Counted from the stretch's first letter, positions 1 through 11,072 are shown. The stretch is 20,539 bases of DNA from Zygophlyctis sp. KS116 (GCA_054661495.1 BAAFSQ010000176.1:1-20539); one strand, 5' to 3'. The notes: a model not told the origin generated them from the sequence alone. Made by a program: numbers and translations.

Positions 1-2
1 TT

Positions 3-167
3 ATCTCTAATAAGAAAACATCAGCATTAACAATGTCAATAGCAGGAAATATAAAACTAGTAACTACTGTTTTGTTAATATTTATGTTATTTTCAAGCTC
101 TCTAGGAATTATTAATGGAATAGGAATCGGACTGACGTTTTTAGGAGGGATTGGATATACAGTGTAA
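3..167 (+). CDS. 3' end of a triose-phosphate/nucleotide-sugar transporter (TPT/SLC35-like) gene, truncated by the window start
   Basis: Frame 3 reads ISNKKTSALTMSIAGNIKLVTTVLLIFMLF...NGIGIGLTFLGGIGYTV* (TAA 165-167). This matches the TPT-family C-terminal pattern KKTSALTM.VAGN.K followed by two TM helices. Not in the ORF track. Confidence 0.75.
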   Translation: MSNKKTSALTMSIAGNIKLVTTVLLIFMLFSSSLGIINGIGIGLTFLGGIGYTV

Positions 168-306
168 AAGAACAAGCCAATATTGCCTGTAAATAATTCC
201 TTGAGGAATTAATATATTATAGTAGAAAAATAAAAAAGTCGGACCTGTTTTTAGTACACGCCTGAAAGAATTTAAAAACATTGTGAAGTCACTGCGCACC
301 ACAGAA

Positions 307-316
307 AAACGCGAAA
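307..316 (+). promoter_or_regulatory. Candidate SCB/E2F-like element AAACGCGAAA upstream of GLO3
   Basis: Contains CGCGAAA and ends 13 nt before the ATG. The same 10-mer occurs inverted upstream of DCTN2. Confidence 0.4.
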
Positions 317-329
317 ACGGCAACTTTAA

Positions 330-1815
330 ATGAATCTCTCAAAATCAGAGACAGCAGCCATTTTTAAGAAACTTTGCAGTAATAGGGAAAACAAGGTACT
401 CTTATTTCTTAATACTAGGTGTGTTTTGACTGCTCAGCAAAGAATCCGACATGGTGTACCTTGTCTTTTGGTGTTTACGTTTGTTTAGACTGTTCTTCCG
501 TTCATAGAAACATGGGTGTTCATATTTCATTTGTCAGATCGACACAATTAGATGCCTTTACTGTTGATCAGATGAGAGTCATGAAGATGGGAGGGAATCA
601 TGCTGCAAAGGAATACTTTAATTCTCATGGCGCTGGAAATATTAAAGATGCTAAATCTAAATATATTAGTAGAGCTGCAGGGATGTATAAAGAAAAACTA
701 TTGAGAGCAGTTGAACTAGATAAAAAAGAATTTCCAATGGGAATAGTTATACCAGGAATGTTGGAAAATGAAGATACTGGATCAGTTGATTCTAAAGAAG
801 ATTTCTTTTCGGATTGGGAACTTAAAAGTGCAAACAGATCTCTATCTAGCTCTCCAATCTCTTTAAAAGGAGCTTTTAATGCAAATACTAAAAGAGAGGA
901 AGTAGTAAAGAAAGAAGAAATTGTTACAATTGGGGAAAAAACAGCTAGGAAAGCTTCACTTACTTCTTTAGAACCAGAATCAGTTCCAGTTGTTCATCAT
1001 AAACCAATAACTTCCAATATTTTAAAGCCTAATAAGCGGTCTCTGGGTGCTAAAAAGGCAACTAAAATTATTAATTTTGATGAGGCGGAAAGATTAGCAA
1101 AAGAAGAGGAAAAAGAACGTATTAGATTAGAAGAAGAAGCAAAAAAACAGGCTGAAGAAGCAAAGGCTGCAATGCTTAATAGACAGGCTGAAATTCAACA
1201 ATATTCACGTAATCCATCTAATATATCAAGTGCATCAAAGAAATCTGAACCAGACGAAAGGCTTGGGATGGGACGACTCGGATTTGGTTTTGATGCCTCT
1301 AGTGCTCCAAAATCTAAACCAGAAATGAATAAAACGGTTCCAAGTAGTAACGGTGGATCTTTTGGATTTGGTGGCTCAGGATTCGGTTCAATCGGTCAAT
1401 CTAATAACTCAAATCAAGATACTGCTTCTACAAGGTTTGGAAATGCAAAAGGGATTTCAAGCGATCAATATTTTTCTCGAGGTGCTTATGATGAGGCTGA
1501 AAAGTAATTATATCTTTTTTAATGATAGTGCTGCTGCTAGAGAAAAATTAAAAGACTTCCAAGGAGCATCTGGTTTTGGCTCTGCAGATTATTATGGCAG
1601 GGACGAAGAAGAAATGGAATTTGATACTACTCGTAGAGGTTCAAGGGATGTTTTAGTTTCTGCTGCTCATCAATTTGCTACTACTTTTGTTGGACAAGCG
1701 CAAGAGGATTTGGATAATATTAAAAAGGCGGTTTCTTATGGGAGTAGCAAACTAGGGGAAATTTTGTCAGAAATTCAAGTATTTTAATTTTTTTAATTTT
1801 TAGAGAAATGGATAA
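330..1815 (+). CDS. GLO3: ADP-ribosylation factor GTPase-activating protein, Glo3/ArfGAP2-3 type (~470 aa, 4 exons)
   Basis: ATG 330. Introns 396-418 (23 nt), 1504-1528 (25 nt), 1779-1803 (25 nt); stop TAA 1813-1815. ArfGAP zinc finger CFDC..NPTW...[29 protein letters not shown] motif, and Glo3 repeats [13 protein letters not shown] / GFGSADYYG. Confidence 0.93.
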
Positions 1816-1817
1816 AG

Positions 1818-2975
1818 CTATTCTATTGGCAAACCCAAAATCTCCTCAAATTCTTTTGATGTAGGATTCCATTTCCAACTGTCTGAATCTTTTTTGAAAA
1901 ATGTTGGTTCGTGAATTTCTTCCTTTTTCTTGAGATAATCTCTTTGCCACTGTTCCAACCTACCTTTTCTCTTTCTGGCACTTTTAAGATTACCTTTTTT
2001 CATTGAATCTGTAACTGGATTCCATAGTTTATAAGTATGAGTTGGTTCAAGATCAGCCTCATTCTTTACCGCTTGAGCGTATCCATTAAGTCTCGGACAT
2101 TTTTCTGCACTAGTCAATAAAGATTCCCCTCCAGACTCTTTAAAATAAATCCGACTTTTCCAATCCCCTTTGATAGTTCCAAGAGGTTCATTTTCCTGGT
2201 CCTTTTTAGCAATAAATCCCGAAACAGAAGATCCCAAAGATTTCATAAAAGACTACAAATTAAGTAATTTGACTTTAACCTTTTCTTCAAACTTTATTTC
2301 TCCTATAATCCCACTTGATGATTTTATAGTCATTTTACCAGTTATTAATATATCTGCAGTTCCATTCATTGTCATTTTCGGCTGTATTACATAATTTGGT
2401 AGTATAATATCATAGACTTCTTTCCATTCCTCTAAATACAACTTTGCATATCCCTTATTTTCTAAAACAAAATACAATCCCTTTCCCAATTTAAAATCAA
2501 AATGCTGTTTAGAGTCTAGAATGGCTCTTGAAGTTTTAGAATACGCTCTCATGCAATTGATTGGAGGATGATGAGAGACTTGTTCGATTAGTAATTGAAC
2601 TGGTGCATCTGACGACCATTTCCCATCTGTTGAATAAGCACAAGTAAATACTTCAGAAATAATAGGATTAATTGGTTTTCTACCTGCATGACAAGGAATA
2701 ACCAGACTTGAATCAACAAAAAATGCCAATACAGACTTGAATCTTTCTAGAGCTGTATCTCCTTTAATATTAGCAAACTTTGATCCATTAATTCTAGAAA
2801 TCTGTTCCAGCGCAGACATTGGTTCCAACATTGCGATTGGAGCCGACGCACCGATGGCATCTAAATTATCTGCTCCTCTTTGAAATATTTGTTTAAGAAA
2901 ACTAGACATGGAAGGTTCTTCTTGAATAGACTCATTTGAGAGAGATAAATCATTTAAAGCTGTTGCTAAATCCAT
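1818..2975 (-). CDS. Oxysterol-binding protein-related protein, ORD-only short (Osh4/Kes1-like) class (~376 aa)
   Basis: OSBP fingerprint EQVSHHPP, plus KPINPIISEVF and the C-terminal K.RLEQWQR helix. The two ORFs join through an in-frame intron 2253-2279 (27 nt; a 21-nt version using a downstream GT also keeps frame). Confidence 0.9.
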
Positions 2976-2994
2976 TTAATTTTCTAAAATTGTA

Positions 2995-3510
2995 TTATTT
3001 TGCCTTTTCTTCCCGTTTAACTAGAGAAATCTTTGTTACTAGTGGAGAATATACTTTATATCTGATATTCACACTAGTACCCATAATAACTGTTTCAACA
3101 CCGATACTACTAGCATAACCATTCCTATTAATAGATTTACAAATCCCAGATACTATTGAAGATCTAGGATAAGATCTTGATCTTATAGTTTCTACAGAGA
3201 CTAAATCTCCAATTTTTAATGCATTTGAAGATTTAGAATCTATTAGAGATGATTTAATTCCTGTAGGATCTGCTCTTTGCCGATGTTCCAAGTCTAATGC
3301 AGCTAATAATTGTAGTCGATCCTTTTTAAAATTTGGATGATTTTTTACATTCAAGTCTAAATGTGACATTCCGCTGATTTTTGGTAATTTATCATTTGGT
3401 TCCTGAATAGTAAAATAAGGTAATGGATCAAGTTTTTCAATCGGAGCAGCTAATATTTAATAGGAATAATTACCTTTTTTAGATGCAAAACGCACAATTG
3501 ACTTTAGCAT
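2995..3510 (-). CDS. MRPL19: Mitochondrial ribosomal protein bL19m (Img1/MRPL19) (~163 aa)
   Basis: ATG 3510 gives a basic presequence-like MLKSIVRFASKK. Intron 3450-3473 (24 nt). L19 core LKIGDLVSVE...SGICKSINRNGYASSI......GV.IRYKVYSPLVTKISLVKR. Confidence 0.85.
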
Positions 3511-3539
3511 TTTTAAATTAACCTAGACTATAACCGAGA

Positions 3540-4118
3540 ATGCTACCAAGAGCGCTCATGCCATGGCTGATTATAAAGGATTTGAATTCTCTAAATATTG
3601 ATTTTTTAAAGAGTCATGGGATTAAAGCGCTTGCATTTGATAAAGGTTTTCTGTTGAAATTTCTAATCAATTAGATAATACATTAACTAGACCATTTAAT
3701 GATTATTTACATTCAGGTTTTAAAGAGATTTTTGGATCGCTGACAAGAGAGTTTGATTGCATTATTGTTTCTAATTCTGTCGGTTATTCCGGATTTGATC
3801 CAAAAGGGGATTTAGCTAGAAAAGTTGAAAAAAGTTTAGGAATACCAGTATTAATTCATGATACAAGGAAGCCGATGGGATCATTGGATTTAGTAAAGAG
3901 ATTAAATTATCCAAAAGATCAAATTGCAATTGTTGGTGATCGTTATTGTACAGATGTTTTATACGCTATTAATGGTGGAATGAAGAGTATTTTAGTCAAG
4001 GATATTATTACAGAAGAAGGAGATGAATATTGGGCAGTAAAGGTACATTCAAGATTTAATAATTTAGATTCGAAAGATTGAACATTTGATTTTGGGGCTT
4101 AAAGATTTTAATAAATAA
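3540..4118 (+). CDS. GEP4: HAD-superfamily mitochondrial phosphatidylglycerophosphatase (Gep4/YqeG family) (~174 aa)
   Basis: ATG 3540. Introns 3646-3674 (29 nt, splits motif I FDK/DNTLT) and 4043-4067 (25 nt). Motifs IVSNSVG, KP and VGDRYCTDV are present. Stop TAA 4116-4118. Confidence 0.88.
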
Positions 4119-6824
4119 TGAGTTTACATCCGCAAATTGTACGAGGATTAAATGATAAGTTGTATGAAAAGAGGAAATCTGCTGCACTTGAGATTGAAAG
4201 GCAATACTAAATTATTAATTTTAAGAATTGTTAGAGAAGGACTTTCTACAGGAGAACATATTAAAATAGATCAAGTTGTGTCTGTTCTAGTGTCGGATTT
4301 TGCTTATTCTCCTTCTGCATACTCTAGAAATGGGGGATTGATTGGGTTGGCGGCTGTTGCAATAGCATTGGGGACGGCTGTAATTAGTTGTTTTTAAAAT
4401 ATTAGCATGTTGGACAGTATTTGGATAGAATTGTTCCGCCGATTTTATCTTGCTTTAATGATCATGATTCTAGAGTACGGTATTATGCATGTGAAGTATT
4501 CTCCTTTATTTTAAAATTTATTATAGTCATTATATAATGTGTCAAAAGTGGCAAGAGGACGGACATTATTGTACTTTAATCCGATATTTGATTCACTGAG
4601 TAAACTTTGTACAGACTCTGAAGCAAGTGTTAAAAATGGGGCTGAATTATTAGATCGATTGATAAAGGATATTGTTTCTGAAAAATCATTGTTTTCAGGG
4701 TCAAAGGCTTCAAAATCTTTAGAAATTTTACCCGATGCATTGGTTGTTCCAGGAACTGTTTCTGGTTCAAATACTAGATTTTTTGATGTAAAGATATTTA
4801 TACCATTGTTGGTTGAAAGGATAAAGGCAATATCACCAGCCACGCGTATATTCTTGGTGAATTGGATTTCTGTACTAGAATCAGTTCCAGTATCTTAATT
4901 TTTATTAAAACCTAGGATTTAGAACTGGTAGGATATCTTCCAGAATTTCTGGATGGACTTTTTGGTTATTTGAGTGATATAAATCCAGATGTTAGGACTG
5001 CAACTTTAGCAGTCTTGGGAGAGTTTCTAAAGGAGATAAAGGATGTATTAATAGTTCAGCAAGAAAAAGGAATCTGGAAAAATAATGCAACTTTAGAACA
5101 GAATCAAGTGGAAGAGATTGCTAATGCTACTCAAGAATTGACATTAGGAACAAAAGATGTGGATAATTTAGCAAAAGCATCAAAATCTTTGGATGATGTT
5201 GCTATTTTAAAGTCAAGCAATACTAAAGTTGACTCTTCGACATACTTTTCTGGTCAAGGTAATTGGTTTTTGATTGAAAACAGGGATCATGCTTGATTTT
5301 GGTAAAATGTCAGAGATTTTATTGCCACATATGTTAAGTAAAGGTAAAATCAAAAATCTTACAATTAATAGATGAGGAGACACAGGCGACGGCGCTGCGA
5401 TGGATAAATGAATTTATATCAATTGCCAGAGATCGGATGCTACCGTTTACGCCCATGATACTAAATGGCGTGCTACCATGTCTATCTCATTCTGTTCAAG
5501 GGATCCGGGCAATTGCAGTCCAGGCAAATAACAATCTTTTTCGGTTAGTATACGAATTCACATTTCATGAAGCATCATTTAGCACTAATAGTTTATATCA
5601 GCTTAATGTAGAAGCGACGATTAAGGTCTTAATGCGGCAGTTTCAAGACGTTCATGAGGAAACGAGAGTTTCAGCTCTGGACTGGCTTATTATGCTCCAC
5701 AAAAACTCACCTAAAAAAGTTATGAGTTCAGATATATCAATGGTTAGTATTCTTTTAAGTAGCTTGAATGACCAATCTGAAGAAGTGGTAAAGCGTGACC
5801 TGGAACTCTTGGCACAAATCTCTCACAGTTCTGATGATAAGTATTTTACAGATTTTATGCTTAATCTTCTCCTACTATTTTGTACAGATCGCAGACTGCT
5901 GGAATCGAGGGGAAGTTTGATCATTAGGCAACTTTCGTTTAGTCTTGATCCAGAAAGAATGTTTAGAACATTTGCAGAATTACTGGAAAAAGACGAGGAT
6001 ATTGAATTTGCTTCAATCATGGTTCAAAATTTAAATATTATTCTTATAACTGCTCCGGAACTCTCTGAATTACGGAAAAGTTTAAAGATGTTAAAATCTT
6101 CTGATGGTATAAGCCTTTTCAAAACTCTATACAGATCGTGGTCCCATAACCCGGTGTCATTACTCTCTCTCTGCCTTCTAGCATCTGCTTACGAGCATGC
6201 TGCGGATTTACTGCCAATTTTCGCGGATTTAGAAATGAATGTTGCTCTTTTAATTCAAATTGACAAGTTGGTTCAGCTTATTGAATCGCCTGTATTCACG
6301 TATCTGCGCCTTCAGCTTCTCGAGCCTGATAAATATCCGCATTTATTCAAATGCCTTTATGGTATACTGATGCTTTTACCCCAGAGTTCTGCCTTTGCTA
6401 CTCTAAGAAATCGTCTCAATTCTGTCAATGCTTTAATAACGTTATATTCTACGCCAGGAGTGTTCACTACTCCTCCACAAAAAAAGTAATCATTTTATTA
6501 TTTTCATGATATTAGTTTGACAAAAAGTCCAGGACGTTCCAGCTCTACCGAAGCAAACTTGTCGTGGCTATCGGAGTTGCTCGATCATTTTAGATGTGTT
6601 CAGGATCGCCACGAAGCCAATAGAAAAAGTATATTCTATTTATTAAACCGATAGATTCTCATGTATTTTTTGAGAAGACAAAGCTTCGATCATATGAAAG
6701 TGCATTTCTACGGGATAGAAAGGATTTAACAAGCGGAACCCCTAGCAGTCCCAGTAGAGATCAAGTAAATGTAAGCCAGAGTTTGTTCCGTAAAAGCCAA
6801 TCTGGTATTTTGAATCGTCGCTAG
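4118..6824 (+). CDS. VAC14: Vac14, HEAT-repeat scaffold of the Fab1/PIKfyve-Fig4 PI(3,5)P2 complex (~829 aa, 9 exons)
   Basis: N-terminus [27 protein letters not shown]; also [22 protein letters not shown] and C-terminal [24 protein letters not shown]...[22 protein letters not shown]. Introns 4201-4225 (GC-AG), 4380-4405, 4496-4526, 4890-4915, 5259-5283, 5344-5371, 6486-6515, 6629-6654; stop TAG 6822-6824. The last exon is less certain. Confidence 0.95.
4201..4225 (+). other. 25-nt GC-AG intron (VAC14 intron 1)
   Basis: AG|GCAATACTAAATTATTAATTTTAAG|A. Removal restores the conserved ...LEIER-IVRE... frame, and no GT donor is available at this junction. Confidence 0.8.
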
Positions 6825-6872
6825 TTGCTCAGTTTAATAAGTAAATGAATTTACTAATAACTTTTAAATAAT

Positions 6873-9800
6873 TTATTGGGTAATTGCCGGCAGTTTAGGA
6901 ACGGCGCTAGAATCTTATCTTAATACATTAAAAATATTTACCTTCTTGGCCTCCTTTAACAATTTTTACCTCGATTTCCAGTAGCTTTTCAGCATTATGA
7001 GCAGCTGTTGCGCTCTTTCTCAAACTATTTATATCTTTGATTAGGCTAACATTTTCCTGCATTATTCGAATGTTATCTGATCGATGAACTCCAGAATCTT
7101 TATGAAATTTATACTGTAATGATGCAACAGTTCTTTCCAGATATTCTCTTTGTCTGACAAACTCTTGTTGAATATCCACATCTAGGGAATCATCCGCTTT
7201 GAAAGTATCCTTGCAATATTTATGATAAAGTTTTTTGATTTTAGCCTATTTTTTAGCGATCGTGAAGTAAATACCTTGAGTTTTTTGGGATTTTGTATTT
7301 GTTGAATACACTCGTTCAAGTCGATCTTGAATCTTTTTACTATAGCCAAGCAGCCTTTTACTTTTTCTTTTTCAGTTTCGACTTCCTTTTCTGCAGCATT
7401 CACTTTGAGCTTCAAATCACTGATTTTAAGATGCAAAGAAGAATTATTGTTATTATATTGCTGTAGCTCGCTATCCATTTCCTATCATTAAAAATGAATA
7501 AATTACCTTGATCTGGTTTGTCATTCCCTGGATATCTTGTTCTCTAGGCTCAATTTGTTTTTTAAGCTCTTTGATTTTATAGTCCAAAACGAACTTAAAC
7601 TTTTCTAGCTCTTGATTTTTCTTTTTGAGATCATATATCCGTTTTTCTTTGTCTTGGATTGTTTCATCTCTTTCCTGGATCTAAAAATTATTCCATAAAA
7701 GTATTACTTCTTTTTTCAATCCGAGAATATCTTTCTCTAAACTCTTAGTAATCGAGTGAAGTTTTTTCTCTTCACCAAACATTTTGGCGATTTCGACTTT
7801 ATGTGCATCGATTTCATTTTGAAGAGTATTAAACTTTTTCTTCATAATTCCATTTTCACCCTTGAGTCTTAACACAGCTTCTTTTTCTTCTCTCAGTTTC
7901 TTTTCAAACTTATGCTTGATTTCAACTATTTCATGATCTGCGTCTATTTCTGTTTCTTTGGTAGTCTCTTCATATTCTTTCAGGTTTCTTTGCATTTCTT
8001 GTTGAAGCTTTTCATTAGAATACTTAATAAATCAAACCTTTTCATGTTCAATCTGTTTCTCTTTCAAACGAGCTTCGAAATGCGATGTAAGCTCCAATAA
8101 AGCTTGATCCTTTGAATTTTGCATATCTTGCATTTGTCGTTCCCATTGTGATTGATTTTCATTAGTCTTCCACTGAAGATCTTCAAACTTTTCATATTCC
8201 AAGATCAGCTTAGAATTTTGGATTGTTTCTAGCTCCTTTAAATTAGATAATTAAAAACTTACTAAGAGTTCTTTAGTATGGCGTTCTTTTTCGTCATTCA
8301 TCTCCTCTTCATGACGAATTTCTTCTTTCTCCTTATCTGCTTTCATAACAGTACTTGTGACCTTCAAAGATTCAATTTCTTGCATGAATTTTTCAGTAAC
8401 CTCTTTGATTTTTTCATTGAAATTCATATCCTTAAGTCGAAGTTGATATTCATTTTCCATCTTCAACTCTTCCAATCTAGCCTTCAATTCTAGCATCATT
8501 CCATTTTTTTCTTCAAGATCTGATTTAGTCACAAGTATCTAAAAGTATTATGAAATAAATTCAGCACCTCATCGGCATAAATAACGTCCTTCTCTCTTTT
8601 AACAGTTCTACCATCTTTGTCAGCAATTTTGTAAATAATTAAGCAGCCATCTTCTGCAGTAGAAAACAAAAACTGGTCGTCAAAACTGACTCTTAATTTT
8701 GTAATTGGAGAAGCATGTGCTTGATGCTCCTGGAAATCAGTATCCTCAAATCCTAAAGGATATTTCATAGCACGAATGGTTCCATAAACAGTCCCTTTAA
8801 TTTAATCATGCTTAAATTACCAACAAACATCATTTTTCCTGAATGAGACAATACAATCTGGGACAAGACTATATCTGAAGGCATTTCACGAACAATCTGT
8901 GAATCAACAACCTCTTTCAACGTTTTGTCATTTCCGACAGCATAAATAGTCTTTCCGTCAGGAGTGGGGACAACACAAGAGTAACTGCATGTTTTGAGAA
9001 TATTCTCCCCCTCTCTTTTCCCATGATTGCCCGACCCAGCGCCAATGTCTTTTAAAGACCATTCATAAATCGCACCATCCATTCCGGCAGAAATCAGTTT
9101 CAGGTCATCATTTGACCAACTTATTGTTCTAACCTTTCCAATGTGGCCTTTCAGATGGCAAACATTTTCGAAACTCCAAGTAGAGTATATTTGAATAGAA
9201 TTTCCATGTATAGCAGCAAAATACTGCCCTCCATTAGAGAATTTACATTCTTTGCAGCCTCTTATAGCAAATTCACGGAAAGGTCGTATATCATCAATCA
9301 GTAAATTCATTAGTCGTAGCTTATCTGAGAATCCCACCAAAATATACAATCCAGAGGGATGTATAGCAACTGAAAAGGCTTCTTCTGGAAAGTATTTGAT
9401 CAGTTCAGAAGTTGAATCCAAGTAATTCCAGACTCTAACAGAATGATCACTGGCACTAGTTACGATTAATGGCTTTCTAATGCATGTATCCATTCCTGTG
9501 ATAAGCCCATGATGAAACGATTGCGAAAAAATATCCAGACGCTCATCTTCTCCTTTAATGGCAGATGTAGATAATTGTGTCGAATACAACTGACAGTTGT
9601 CTGTGCTGCAAACTATTGTATCTTCACTTGGAGAAACTGCTATGCACATTATTTTTGCAGAAGAATCTGTCAAATTGAATTCTTTAGATTTCTTGTACAG
9701 TTCTTTAGATTGTGCTCCACTGTTTGCTGCTGTTAATGCCTGTGCTCCAGTCGTTACTATTTCTTCTGCTCTTTCATATATTGCAACAGAACCACCCGCA

Positions 9801-10681
9801 CACCCAATCATAAAACCTTTTGAGAGCAGAGATATTGAATAGATTCCTCTCAAAGTCTGTGTGATCCCATTAACATAGGTTATTTCAGACTTTAATTCCC
9901 CACTACTCTCGAAAATCAAAATTTTAGAATCTTCAGTTCCAACAATCAGACGATCGTCTATTGTCCAGCATTGTGAAATAAAGCACTATAAATCAGCGTA
10001 AATTATAAGTACTCTGGTTTCAATTTTTGCCACTGCACTATTTTTAAATGCTCCTTCTTGTAGTCTCATCAGTTTGAAAACATTCGGACCAATTACAGAA
10101 ATTTGAGAACTGTCCGAGGGATTTATAGCTACTGTAAACGGAAAATTTACTAATCCTCCAAAATTCCTATCCATAGATGGAGTAATTTTAGCTGTTGCCA
10201 GCAGTTTTGGTTTCTCCCAAGCCCATAATGATAATATCCAATCTGGCGCTCCTGTCTGAGTTACCAAAAATTTCCCATCAGCAGAAAAAGTTAGAGCAAT
10301 AAATTCCTATTTTATCAATTATTAAGATTTATACCTTTGCGTCTGATTCAGCGATCCCAATTGTTTTTCTTTTTCTTTGAGTATTTACATCATATATGGT
10401 ACATGATGCCTTTTCACCTCTTTCAGCAATCGCTACGACTTTCTTTATCATTGACGATGCCATTGCTGTGATCCCTTCAGCATTTTCATTACTAGAAACA
10501 AACTTTTGTGTTTTAGATTCTGTATTATATATAATCATATTTGATCCAGCTGGATAGATTACATTGGCTTCATCAATATAAAATATATTTCCATTTACGT
10601 CTCCTTTAAGCCCAAAAATATATCTATATCGTTAATCTTGAAATAGAAGCAATACTTGTGTGATACGGATGCTGTAGACAT
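6873..10681 (-). CDS. CFAP57: Cilia- and flagella-associated protein 57 (WDR65): WD40 repeats plus a long coiled coil (~1166 aa, 12 exons)
   Basis: Start [18 protein letters not shown]; diagnostic segments [85 protein letters not shown] and [10 protein letters not shown]. Introns 10624-10655, 10307-10334, 9986-10012, 8795-8820, 8539-8567, 8236-8262, 8008-8037, 7681-7707, 7482-7506, 7246-7274 and 6914-6941 (the last acceptor is ambiguous). Confidence 0.94.
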
Positions 10682-10953
10682 TTACTTTAATAGCCGATGA
10701 GGTCATTTCGTCCGAATTTCCCGGCGTCCTATAAACAGAGCTCTTACAATCTAATCTTTGAAAAATTCCATCCCTATTTCTAACATATTTTACTGAAAAT
10801 CTTTGGATTTGCCTATCCAAATGAATGATTTTGATTGTGTTGAGCGAGTAATTTCAGTAATTTGCAGTGGTGGGAGCCGATTTATGCACAAATTTTAGCG
10901 ATTTATACTGCATTTTAGGCATACTATATGTACAAACGAGCAGGATATTTTCC

Positions 10954-11072
10954 AGCTACGGCCATACATACTAGAACCTACCAGATCCCGTCTGATCTCT
11001 GAAGTCAAGCTGGTAATGGCTCAGTTAGTACTATGGTGGGTGACCACATGGGAATACTGAGTGCTGTAGTTT
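10954..11072 (+). rRNA. 5S ribosomal RNA gene (single dispersed copy)
   Basis: AGCTACGGCCATAC...GATCCCGTCTGATCTCTGAAGTCAAGC...TTAGTACTATGGTGGGTGACCACATGGGAATAC...GTGCTGTAGTT. The 5' AGCTACGGC pairs with the 3' GCTGTAGTT (helix I), and A-box/C-box-like internal promoter segments are present. Length ~119 nt. Confidence 0.95.

Noticed and set aside
194-211. Inverted repeat TAATTCCT-TG-AGGAATTA downstream of the transporter stop
   Set aside because: An 8-bp AT-rich stem in a single instance is compatible with chance, and intrinsic terminators are not expected in a nuclear gene.
141-323. 60-aa minus-strand ORF
   Set aside because: No recognisable motif; it overlaps the TPT-family 3' end and the GLO3 upstream region.
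10725-10740. TAAACA forkhead (FoxJ1-like) site or X-box upstream of CFAP57
   Set aside because: The hexamer is too common in AT-rich DNA, and I found no convincing RFX X-box match.
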